The position numbers and the translations under genes are program-made. From NCBI GenBank assembly GCA_963693365.1, contig CAVNZM010000019.1, forward strand, positions 71,272-135,271: a DNA stretch of 64,000 bases, read 5' to 3'. This document shows positions 41,020-52,988 of this stretch, piece after piece. The DNA comes from Amoebidium appalachense (Eukaryota > Protista > Ichthyosporea). The notes under the pieces are model-generated. The model saw only the letters and a list, made by a program, of their open reading frames with translations, was not told the origin of the DNA and ran no database searches. Position 1 is the first letter of the stretch; the number at the start of each line of letters is the position of its first letter.

Positions 41020-42556
41020 CTACATGCAGACACTGGCATCTTGTGTTGATCTGCGGGACCCAGACTGTTTGCGCCCACGGTTACGCCTCCCCCCCGCTGC
41101 CCTAGCCCTTTTCGGCCTGGGGACTACCTCAAGCGTCACACCCTCGACCGTCAGCGGCTTGATGCCCGGAAACTGGCGCTCCATCATGGCACGCAGGTTG
41201 CCGTAACCATGGGTCGCTAGAATGTGTGGCATGTTGTCACCCATCCACATCTCCGTGTTGCTTATGACCGTGAACGCCTGGCGTGCCGTGATCTCCGTGC
41301 AGTAGCGGACAGGCGTGCCCCACGCCTCGGCACGCAGTTTGATGGCGTTCTGGATGGCACCGCGCGCTGTGAGCGTGTTTACAGTGCGCCGGGTGCACGC
41401 CACCAGCACGTCCACGTTGAGCACGCTGTTAGTGAACTCCTGCACCAGCTCAATGGCCCCCTTGGTCTCGCCGTTAAACAGCGCACCGACGATGCTGATG
41501 GGCAGGTTGCTTAGGCGTGCACGGAGGTGCGGGTAGCCGTTGAGCGTGGACTTGTCTGGATCGGTGGGGAGCACGCGTGGGTTGATGGTATTGGGATCGG
41601 AGTCGAACTGCTCCATCAGGGCCTGGTTGACACGGGAGCGCTCAGCGATGGTCTGGTTGGCCTGGGCAATGGTCTGGTTAGCTTGTGCCAGCATGAGGGA
41701 CCTCTCGCGTAGCATGGTGTCCTTCTCGCGCATGGTGGCGTCGTACACGGCGATCTGCTTTTCATAACCATCCTTCACAAGAGCAAGGGCCTGGGCCTGG
41801 CCTTCCTGCATCTCGGTGAAGGTGCGCTTGAGCTCGCGAATGGTGTTGTCCTTCTCCTCGATGATAGGCTTGACGGTGCTGTCGAAGAAGCTGCGCATGG
41901 CATCGAGGAAGCCGTTCGAAGGGTCCGCCCGGGCAGCGCGCACCTCATCCATGTCGATGGCCATCTTGCTGGTGGTGGCCCCGTTGTAGTTGTCGCAGAT
42001 GTCGATGACGTCTGCCAGCACCGTGTAGTCGCCCGTGAACATGCGCGAGAGCAGTGCGTCCGTGTGCACGGCAAAGTCCGTCGAGACGTAGCGGGCAAGC
42101 GCCGGGAACAGCGCGATGTGCACGAAGGTGCCGCGCAGCGCCGGGTCGCCGGTCTTCTTCTTGGCATTCGAATCATCAATGACGTCATCGATGCGCAGTG
42201 GACCAATGGGAGGAATGTTGGGAATTCCCAACTTTCCTTTGATTGGTCCATTGATCTTATCCAGCACCCTACCAACCAAACCAAAATTTGCGCTCTTTCC
42301 ACCAGGTGATTTTTTTCTCGGCCCCATCCCCCGCCTTCTCGGTGTTGTATTCGCGCCCCACGTTGCACAGCATGGTGCCGTTGAAGTAGACGTGCCCGTT
42401 GGGGTAGGTGGTGGTCACGGTCAGCACCTTGCAGCCGAAGTCCATGGCGGGCGGGGCGCGCACCTCCTTGAACGCAGGGTAGGCAGGGGTTGCCGGCTGT
42501 AGGGAGGCAGCGACCACCTCCTCCCTGGGCGCAGCGACGTTCATGTCGAACTCCAT
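41020..42556 (-). CDS. KilA-N domain + coiled-coil protein, copy A (one frameshift near 42280)
   Basis: NGHVYFNGTMLC...RGTFVHIALFPALARYVSTDFAV; ORFs 42269-42556 and 41020-42327 join. Confidence 0.75.
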
Positions 42557-43156
42557 GTTTGCGTAGGTTGTTTGTTCGTTCGGTACTTGAAAGCAGAATG
42601 AAGCATCCAGGCGCGCATTGGCTTTATATAGTGGCGGGGTGGCTCACAAGTAGGTTGTTGCGCATTGGCGCATTGCCTCCGCCCATTCGTTCCTTACGTC
42701 TCCAATCACAGCCAGCCTGTGCTTTCTGGAAATTTCCAGCTTCCAGTGCGTAAGGTGGCGCTTGTTCGCTGTCGCCCTCCAATCACAGCCAGCCTGTACT
42801 TTCTGGAATTTTCCAGCTTCCTATGCGTAAGGTGGCGCTTGTTCGCTGTCGCCCTTTTCCAACCTCATCCTACCAAGAAATGACGATGCAACACCTTCGC
42901 GAACCTTCCTACTCCCGCTCCCAAAACGCACGTATGCAACCCGCAATATGGCAAAAGACATATTATAATGTATGAATGTGCCAAGTCTTTATAATTGCCA
43001 AGTCTTTATAATTGCCAAGTCTTTATTTGCAAAGTCTTTATTTGCCTTTTTACAGTCATATATCGTCCTTCTTATATTGCCAAATGTCTATGTATTGATG
43101 CAAGTTTTAGGTAAACATGAACACAAATGAATGTCTGGATCCCCCCCTTCCCCCCA

Positions 43157-44595
43157 CTACATGCTTTGTTTCTCTGCCTCTGCGCACTGCGCACGTCTGT
43201 CGAATTTCTTGGGCACAGCAGTGCGCCTCACACGTCTAGTACGTGGTTTGGGGACGAGCTCAAGCTCTTCCTCTATGTCTAGGGGCTTGATGCCCGGAAA
43301 CTCCTTCTCAAACAGAACCCTAGTACGGTAGAAACTGCACGTCTGGCTGATCTCGGGCATCTTCTCGGCAAACCATGCCTCCGTGTTGTACACCACCGTG
43401 TAGGCCATCCGTGCGGTGATCTCGGTGCAGTACTTCACCTTGCGGCCCCACGAGGCCCCCGCTCGCAGCTTGATGGCGCCCGCCAGCACCGACCTCGCCA
43501 TCACCGTGTTCACGCTGTCCTCGACGACGTGTCCCAGCACCTGTACGTTGAGTATCCCCTCGACAAACTGCTGGTACAGAGTGGTCGGGCCCACCGTGCT
43601 GCCCTTGAACAGTGCCGCCACGATGCTGTTGCCGAGGTTGAGCAGGCGCACGCGCAGGTGGGGGTACCCGTCCAGCGTGCAGCCGTCGGGGCTGCTGGGC
43701 AACACGCGCTTGTTGAGGGTGTTGGGGTCGCTCTCGAACTGCTCCATGAGGGCCACGTTGATCTGTGTGGCCTGCTGCAGCATCAGCGTCTTCTGCTTGT
43801 CCAGCTCCTTGTGCTGCATCACCAGCTCCTTGCTCTCACGCACGGCCATGTTCAGCAGGTCGATGGTGAGGTTCTTATCCTTGATGGTGTCGTTCTTCTC
43901 CTTGAGCAGCGGCATGAACTTGCTGTCGAAGAACGACGTCAGCATGCCCAGCATCTGCTCACCCGTGTCCGCCCGGGCCGCACGCACCTCGTCCATGTCG
44001 ATGGCCATCTTGCTGGTGGTGGCCCCGTTGTAGCTGTCGCAGATGTCGATGACATCCGCCAGCACCGTGTAGTCGCCCGTGAACATGCGCGAGAGCAGTG
44101 CGTCCGTGTGCACGGCAAAGTCGGTGGAGACGTAGCGGGCAAGCGCCGGGAACAGCGCGATGTGAACGAAGGTGCCGCGCAGCGCCGGGTCGCCGGTCTT
44201 CTTCTTGGCATTGGTGGTGTCGATGACGTCATCGATGCGCAGTTGACCAATGGGAGGAAAGTCATTTCAAGCCCTTTCCTCTGATTGGCTGTTTGTTGAT
44301 CTTGTCGACGATGTTAAACCAGTGTTACCTCTGCTCCAAATCGACACCTTCTTCTCGCGCACCCATCCCCCGCCTTCTCGGTGTTGTACTCGCGCCCCAC
44401 GTTGCACAGCATGGTGCCGTTGAAGTAGACGTGCCCGTTGGGGTAGGTGGTGGTCACGGTCAGCACCCTGTCGCCGAAGTCCATGGCGGGCGGGGCGCGC
44501 ACCTCCTTGAACGCGGGGTAGGCAGGGGTTGCCGGGTGTGGGGAGGCAGCGACCACCTCGTCCTTGGGCGCAGCGACGTTCATGTCGAACTCCAT
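43157..44595 (-). CDS. KilA-N domain + coiled-coil protein, copy B (several frameshifts at 44265-44360)
   Basis: Tandem paralog of copy A, with near-identical KilA-N flanks and promoter. Confidence 0.7.
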
Positions 44596-45017
44596 GTTTG
44601 CGTAGGTTGTTTGTTCGTTCGGTACTTGATAGCAGAATGAAGCATCCAGGCGCACATTAGGTTTATATAGTGGCGGGGTGGCTCACAAGTAGGTTGCTTG
44701 CACTGAATCCTGGCGCATTGCCTCCGCCCATTCGTTCCTTACGTCTCCAATCACAGCCAGCCTGTGCTTTCTGGAATTTTCCAGCTTCCAGTGCGTATGG
44801 TGGCGCTTATTCGCTGACGCCCTCCAATCACAGCCAGCCTGTGCTTTCTGGAATTTTCCAGCTTCCAGTGCGTAAGGTGGCGCTTGTTCGCTGTCGCCCT
44901 TTTCCAACCTCATCCTACCAAGAAATGACGATGCAACACCTTCGCGAACATTCCTACTCCCGCTCCCAAAACGCACGTATGCAACACGCAGAGGCCAAAT
45001 AATCCCGCTGTGCATGC

Positions 45018-45224
45018 ATGGAGTCTGGCAACCGGGTCTGGACGGTGCTTCTGCTTGCGTTTATTGCCTACTCCGTGTGGAGGGAGCTGGGTGTTCCGGA
45101 AAATGACGACACCTTCTGGATCAGCAATGTGGAGGCCATGGCACCTCGCGAGCCGGTCATCGACAATTCGAGCGGAAAGGAGGTCATCTTTCGCACCTAC
45201 CGCTACCTGCCGCCGGGTACATAA
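45018..45224 (+). CDS. Small protein with N-terminal TM/signal anchor
   Basis: VWTVLLLAFIAYSVW; AAATAATC upstream. Confidence 0.5.
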   Translation: MESGNRVWTVLLLAFIAYSVWRELGVPENDDTFWISNVEAMAPREPVIDNSSGKEVIFRTYRYLPPGT

Positions 45225-45316
45225 GCGCGCGCTCGGCCGCTCAGTCGTCAGTCTGCACATCCAATGAAACCTGCAACATCAGCCGCAACAGCCGCGCTCC
45301 GAGCAGCAAGTTCAAC

Positions 45317-45673
45317 ATGGCCGCCCAAACTACTCCCGCGCCCTCGCTCAACACCCCCGGCTGCCCCCTCTTCGACTTCTCAACTCTACCACCGCTGCCG
45401 GACCTCCCCAGCCTGCCCAGCCTGGCCCCGCCGCCTGCTCTTCCACCCCTCTCGCTGACCGGCTTCGGCGAGGACCTCAAGCACGGGTCCTACCGCGACT
45501 ACAAGGAGAGTCTGGAGGTCCTGTACCGCATCATGCAGCTGCAGGCCAGGCTGACTGCGCCACCCAAGGGGAAGCCCGAGAAGCGCGATGCCACCGAGGA
45601 CGTCCGCCCGCCGCCCAGCAAGAAGCCCTCCAAGCGGGTCAAGCCTACACCTGTGGATGCTGATGCCAACTAG
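45317..45673 (+). CDS. Pro-rich hypothetical protein with basic C-terminus
   Basis: GC3-rich ORF, followed by AATAAA. Confidence 0.55.
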   Translation: MAAQTTPAPSLNTPGCPLFDFSTLPPLPDLPSLPSLAPPPALPPLSLTGFGEDLKHGSYRDYKESLEVLYRIMQLQARLTAPPKGKPEKRDATEDVRPPPSKKPSKRVKPTPVDADAN

Positions 45674-45779
45674 GACTGGTCCGGCGTCGAGTTTGTCAAC
45701 TCGCGTCGGCATAGAAAATAAACGAGCGCTGAGCGCTCACAATAAGTGTGTGTGCAGAGTCTTTGTCCTAGCTGTCTCA

Positions 45780-46140
45780 TGTGTGTGTGTGTGTGTGTGT
45801 GTGCGTGTGTGTATGTGTGTTTAAGTGTTGTGTGTGTGTGGGTGTGTGCGTGTGTGTGTGCGTGTGTGTATGTGTGTTAGTGTGTGTGTGTGTGGGTGTG
45901 TGCGTGTGTGTGTGCGTGTGTATTGTTTGTTGTCGGAGGCGTTAGGTTGTTTGTGTGTGTGGGTGTGTGCATGTGTGTGTGCGCGTGTGTATGTGTGTGT
46001 GTGTGTATGTGTGTATGTGCGTTTAAGTGTTGTGTGTGTGTGGGTGTGTGCATGTGTGTGTGCGCGTGTGTATTGTGTGTGTGTGTGTATGTGTGTATGT
46101 GCGTTTAAGTGTTGTGTGTATGTGTGTGTATGTCTGTGTT
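45780..46140. repeat. Degenerate (TG)n microsatellite
   Basis: Interrupted TG repeats. Confidence 0.95.
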
Positions 46141-46358
46141 AACATAGTAACGCGCATTGGCCGCTCCCATTGCTCCCGTGTTTTTATATTTTGCTGTGCT
46201 TTATTGTTGTTGCCTTTTACAACCATGGTTCTAGACCATATGCACGACCAAGAAAATTAAGCTTAACAAATATCATATCATTGTAGAAGCCATATGCATA
46301 CAACTACATCAAAAAACGCATACTGTGCAACTGCCTTCCCCACAAAGGTGCATATCTC

Positions 46359-47602
46359 TTAGGCCATAAACTTGTCCAGGGTGGTCTGTGCGTACTTGTC
46401 CAGCTGGTCACCAAACACAAGCTCCAGCTCGGCCTTCTGCACCAGGCAGACGCCCATGCGCGCAAAAACACGAAGCACGGCATAGAGCTGGTTGTAGGTC
46501 AGGTGGGTGACCTTGGGCACACCGTGGAAGGTGTAGGCCGCCTTGCAGAGTGCCGTGTACAGGTTGATGTGCGAGCGGTACACAGCCTGGTCGGGATCCA
46601 CGTTCATGTGCGACTTGATGAGCCAGTTCCAGTAGGCGGGGTCGTACAGGTGCTCGAACCCCTCGTGGGAGCGCCACAGCAGCACGGCAGCGTCGTGGAA
46701 CACCTTGCGCGCCAGCTCCCGCCCGTAGTCCGTCTCCATGCAGCGGCTGTTGGGCGAGGTGCCGGGGGGCAGGGACACGATGCGCTGGGGGTGGTTGTCG
46801 TCGCCCTCGTAGATGGCAAGGCGCTCGTTGGCAGAGTCCAGCAGCTCGGCCGTCTCCGTGTACCACTGCTCGACCTTCTCGAGGCGCGCCTCAGCAGCAG
46901 CGGTGGTTGCACTCAGAGCAGCTATGGCGGCCTCCTTCTGAGCTGCGGACAAACGAGCGAATGCCTCGGTAACGTCAAAGGCCCAGTCACGGACAGTGTG
47001 GCCCAGCAGGGTACTTGTTGATGCAGACGCCATGCGGAAGCCCTTGGGTGTCAGCTTGTGGTCAAGTGGTGCCGCTCCACCAGTCTTGGGTGTCTGCATG
47101 CCAATTGTGTGTCAGTACGCATACCCAGGGCACCTATAATATGTAGGAAAGCAAGTCTGCGCTTGTGACGTCATTATGACGTAGGCGGCATGATGCCGCC
47201 TACGTCATAACAGGAAAAATGACGTCATTATGACGTATCTCAGGCTCTCAAGATGTCGAGCTAGCAGAACAACTCAACCACACCAAAATAGAAACTCACC
47301 TCCAGTTGTGCAATGAAAAAATTCCCTTCAGTAACATAGCGTGGCACCCCGTTGCGGCCCTTGAACATGGCGCGTACAAAGTCCTTGTAGTTGTCATATC
47401 CCAGCAACTTGTGCACGGCGCGCCCTGAGATGGTCTCGTCGCTGTCGAACAGGAATGGGTCAAGGAAGCGCAACATCTTTGCTACCACATCGTCCCCCAC
47501 GGTGCCCAGCAGCTGCTCAAGCTCGGGGGAGATGGGGGGGAAACCGGCCTCGCGGGCGCCAGCAATGTTGAGGCGCTCGTAGATGGCATAGGTGGAAGCC
47601 AT
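46359..47602 (-). CDS. AntA/MSV199-like DNA-binding protein, copy 1, two exons (47602-47300, 47093-46359)
   Basis: Exon 1 ISGRAVHKLLGYDNYKDFVRAM; exon 2 GGAAPLDHKLTPKGFRMAS..T.LGHTVRDWAFDV. Confidence 0.7.
47094..47299 (-). other. Spliceosomal intron, 206 nt, phase 0
   Basis: GAG|GTGAGT donor, TACTGAC branch point, GCAG acceptor; same position as the intron in the paralog. Confidence 0.85.
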
Positions 47603-48011
47603 GTTTGCTGGTGGAAGAGTTGGTGATTTGTAGTTTGGGGGTTGTGTGCTGTGTGTGTACCGTGAAGGTACTGGCTGCCAAGCGCGAGTCGCGTTTATAT
47701 AGGGGGCTGCCGGCGCTTCATTGGTTGTACGCTTCATTGGTTGTAGGAGGAGAGGAATGGAATCCAGCATTTGATTGGAGAGGATTGGGGAGAAATACTG
47801 GTCCCAGATGATTGGGTCGATTTGTTCGGCGCTACATGCACTTTCTACACATATGCTGCATGCCATTCTCCTCTCCAATCGAATGCTGCATTCCTTCTAC
47901 ACCCAATGAAGCACCGCTTTACGGTGCTCACACACCTGTCACAAACCCAATGTAACTCCAAAGTGCCAACTTTTCCATTCTAATATATAATAGCGCTATC
48001 ATCCGTAAGTA

Positions 48012-48932
<921 letters not shown>

Positions 48933-48978
48933 TCACACAACCAATCAGACAATTGACAGCCCAACTGGCTGACAATTA

Positions 48979-49230
48979 TTACTCATTCAAGCTAAACCCC
49001 CCCTCTCCGCCCCGCCCCGCTGGAACTTTATCACGACCCCTGAACATGGCGCGCACAAACTCGTTGTAGTTGCCATACCCCAACAGCCCAAAAATGGCGC
49101 GCCCAGAGATGGTCTCGGTGTTGTCATGCAGAAAGGGGTCCAGAAAGCGCAGCATCTTAGCAACCACATCGTCCCTTACAGTGCCCAGCAGCTGCTCAAG
49201 CTCGGGGGTGATGGGGGGGGGGAACCGGCC
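48979..49230 (-). pseudogene. Truncated third copy of exon 1 of the AntA-like gene
   Basis: PELEQLLGTVRDDVVAKMLRFLDPFL...; 5' end replaced by (TG)n, no exon 2. Confidence 0.75.
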
Positions 49231-49249
49231 TTGTGTGTGTGCGTGTGTG

Positions 49250-50070
49250 TGTGTGTGTGCATAGCGCTAGAGTTGTGTAGCGCTGAAAGCGAATTATGAA
49301 GGCGCTCCCATCAGTGAGTTGGGTTGCACTCACCGACTATCCAATCAAATCACTGCAATGACTTCATCGGCAATTTCATTATTCAAACTGTCGGGATGCG
49401 CGCGATTTGATTGGTGAGTTGATGAGTTGCTACAGAAACCGACTTTTCATACCCCACACACCACACACACATACATCTATATATATCATACACATATACA
49501 TACAAGCGTACATATTTTTATACATATGTATACTTATATACACATATATTTATATATATATATACATTTCTTTGTATTCTAATTTTTATTTGTATACACT
49601 GACCTTTTCATATTCTTCTAACCTTCTTCCAAAAGGATCATGTAGTGATACTACATCGGATGACTGGGTTGCTATACTTGGAAGACTACTTCAATGTTCA
49701 TTTAATATAAATATATAAATAAATATTTACAAAAGTGAAGTTCATATGTCTTTTATTTGATTTTAATATATATATATATATTTATATTTATATAGATACC
49801 TACATATGCAAGAATGATACTGTAACATACGTATACATGTAGGTGCATGGTGTGTGGTGTGTGGGGTATGGAAAGTCGGTTTCTGTAGCAACTCATCAAC
49901 TCACCAATCAAATCGCGCGCATCCCGACAGTTTGAATAATGAAATTGCCGATGAAGTCATTGCAGTGATTTGATTGGATAGTCGGTGAGTGCAACCCAAC
50001 TCACTGATGGGAGCGCCTTCATAATTCGCTTTCAGCGCTACACAACTCTAGCGCTATGCACACACACACA
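49250..50070. repeat. Long inverted repeat (~220-bp arms) around an AT-rich ~380-bp spacer
   Basis: 49250-49468 is the near-perfect reverse complement of 49850-50070. Confidence 0.92.
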
Positions 50071-50123
50071 CACACACCACACACACACACACACACACTA
50101 TTTGTAAGAATAAACACTGATGC

Positions 50124-50172
<49 letters not shown>

Positions 50173-50673
50173 TTGGGGGGGGGGGGGGCTGTGGTGTAGG
50201 AAAGGATGGTAGGTTCAACTGTACAAACATCGTTAGTGCAGCCAATGGGACGCGGGGCAAACCTTGATGACGAAAATATACCACGGTCTCACCACAGCCG
50301 TATGCCGATGTACGCCGAGTCTTCATGAAGAAGGAGGAAGTACGAAAAAAAAGAGCGCAGAGGGAGCGGCATAACCCAACAGCTGTCTGTTGAAAAACGG
50401 TGGGGCACGAAACATTGGCTATTACTCACCTATAAACATATATATATATTTTAATATAACATTAGTATGGATGTAAAAGTCCTAGTAGCCGATTTATAAG
50501 ACAGGTTGTATATATATATATGTGTGTGTGTAGACAAACAATCGTTAGTGCAGCCAATGGGACTGCGGGGTTCGTGACAAACCTTTGATGAGCGATATAA
50601 TATGGACCATCACGGTGGCTGCTGATCGGCACAGTCTCTGTAGTTTCGAATCTGCGCGATGCTGTACTGCACG

Positions 50674-52357
50674 ATGACATCTCTTCTCCATTTCATCAGA
50701 AGTAATGGAAAATTGTTTGAAGTACGAAAAAAAAATGGAGAATTCGACGTCGTCGACTGCTTTACCGTAGCTTATAACGGAATGCGGGGCACGGCAATAA
50801 AGGCCATGAAACTGATGCTGCAGCGGAATCGTGCTCTGTTTACCACGGTCTCGGGTGCACGTGGCTCCCACTATTACTTTGCCCCTGCGGACACAATCAG
50901 CCAAATGTTAATGGCCACCGAGAGCGCCACATCCGCGGAGTTTTTAGAGGCAGACGGCGAGCGCTTCTTCCGCGCGATAGGCGCCTCTCAGACCCAAGTG
51001 GACCAAGTAGTTCAAATGCGCGAAAGAATCACACGACGCCGCCCACCCGGCCACCCTTGCGCCACACATGACGTCTCTGCAAACAACGCGAGTGCGTCGA
51101 CAGCGGGTAAACAGAACCCACTCTTGTTGCCACCCCCCCTGCCTAACTACGAGCAGGCTGTACACCACGGTGAGCCTGGCGACGAGCACAACTACCACTC
51201 CATACTGCACGTAGCGGCGAAGCAGGCAGAAGCGACTGCACTCGCCGCGAAAGTAGCGGGTTTTCAACACGAGGAGTTTAAATTAAAACTCCAACTTGAG
51301 CACGACGAGCGCGAGATGAAGCGTCGGCACGACGAGAGGATGATGGAACTCCGTATACAAAATACACGCCTCGAGATAGAACTGAGAAGGATGGGAACAA
51401 ACGAACAGAGGGAACAGGAGACGGTGATGGATGCCGAGAGGGGGCATGTGGCGAATATCGTGGATGTGGCGGAGGTCGTGGACGGGGCAGACAGGGATGG
51501 AGGGACGGGGGCAGACGGGGAAAGGGAGGCGGACGGGGGGGGGGACCCAAATGCCGAGGGACACGGGGAGGATCATCCGTTGTGTAACGACTGTGATAAC
51601 GAGGAGATGGGTGTAAAGGAGACGGAACACGAACAGGAGAGCACAGTGACAGAGGAACGGCGTGCCGCGCAAGAGGATAAACTGAAACGGCTACAAGATA
51701 TTATCAGCAGTGCCCGAGGGTTCGAGCGGGCCTACCGCGATGAAATTTATGACAACCCCGTCTACGACGAACGCGGCGTCAACCGCATCCTTGTATTTTA
51801 TCAGCAGACACTGGAGAGCCTCATCCTACTGGTCGACGGCGTGCGGGATAGCACGGACACGGATATCGTCCGCGCCAAAGGAAAACGGGTTGTCGACGAG
51901 ATCCAGGGGCTTCTCGCCAAGGCCGACGCGCAGCACACAGCACCCCAAAAGCGCCCTGCTTCGGACACCCGCGCCGCCGACACCAGAAGTGCTAAGCGCA
52001 CCAAGAGGACGCCCACTCACAGGGAGCGGCTAGTTAGCAAATTCTTCGAGTGGCTCAAGGAATCGGCCCCCTGTGGTGCGGTCTATCTTCTTCGTCACCT
52101 CAGGGACCTGTTCCACAAGAAGGCTAGCAGTGAGAGCAGGACTTTCGCACGAGCGGCCTCTGTCTACGGATGAAGTAGCTAGGTTTTTGGGCAAGCAGGT
52201 AACTGTGTATTTTAGGGCTATAGACAAGATAGAGGTGATGCGCCATAAAAAAGGGGAAGTTTATGCTGTGAAATTCCCTAGGAACCGTTTAGGAAAGCCC
52301 GGCTATCCGTGCCATAAGGCAAGAGGGTACTTTCTCGGGAATCTGGTGTGTGCTTGA
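50674..52357 (+). CDS. BRO-like N-terminal domain + coiled coil + BAG-domain protein (probable frameshift near 52150)
   Basis: BAG-like QQTLESLILLVDGV...IVRAKGKRVVDEIQGLLAKAD; N-term EVRKKNGEFDVVDC...AEFL...RFFRAIGA. Confidence 0.55.
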
Positions 52358-52513
52358 TAAGGCCAACGGGCTTGGCGAAGTGAAAACGTGGTTGTAAAAA
52401 TGCATTAAAACACCCCCTTCCGGTCCGGTCCGCCCCTTTGACCGCGCTCCCCCCCCCCCGCCCGTGTGTATGTCTTTTGTGCCCATATCCCCCCCCCCCC
52501 ACACCCCCGCCCC

Positions 52514-52576
<63 letters not shown>

Positions 52577-52988
52577 ATACTGATGATAGCGCTATTATAA
52601 ATTAGAATTGAAAAGTTGGCACTTTGGAGTTACAGGGGTTGTGACGGGTGTGTGAGCACCGTAAAACGGCGCTTCATTGGGTGTAGAAGGAGGGGGTGGA
52701 ATGCAGCATTCGATTGGAGAGGAGAATGGCATGCAGCATATGTGTAGAAAGTGCATGTAGCGCCGAACAAATCGACCCAATCATCTGGGACCAGTATTCT
52801 CTTGCAATCCTCTCCAATCGAATGCTGGATTCCATTCCTCTCCTCCTACAACCAATGAAGCGTACAACCAATGAAGCGCCGGACGCCCCCTATATAAACA
52901 CAGCAAGCGCTGGACAGCCAGCACCTTTACGGTACACACACAACACACAACCCCCAAACCCAAAGCCCCAACTCTTCCACCAGTGACC

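Noticed and set aside
41020-44990. Diversity-generating retroelement explanation for the KilA-N variable block
   Set aside because: No reverse transcriptase in the window; the differences are not adenine-specific and include indels
50225-50400. Apparent degenerate duplicate of the 50540-50780 promoter/5' region
   Set aside because: It reads as a deletion-riddled copy, consistent with a low-quality read segment or assembly artefact
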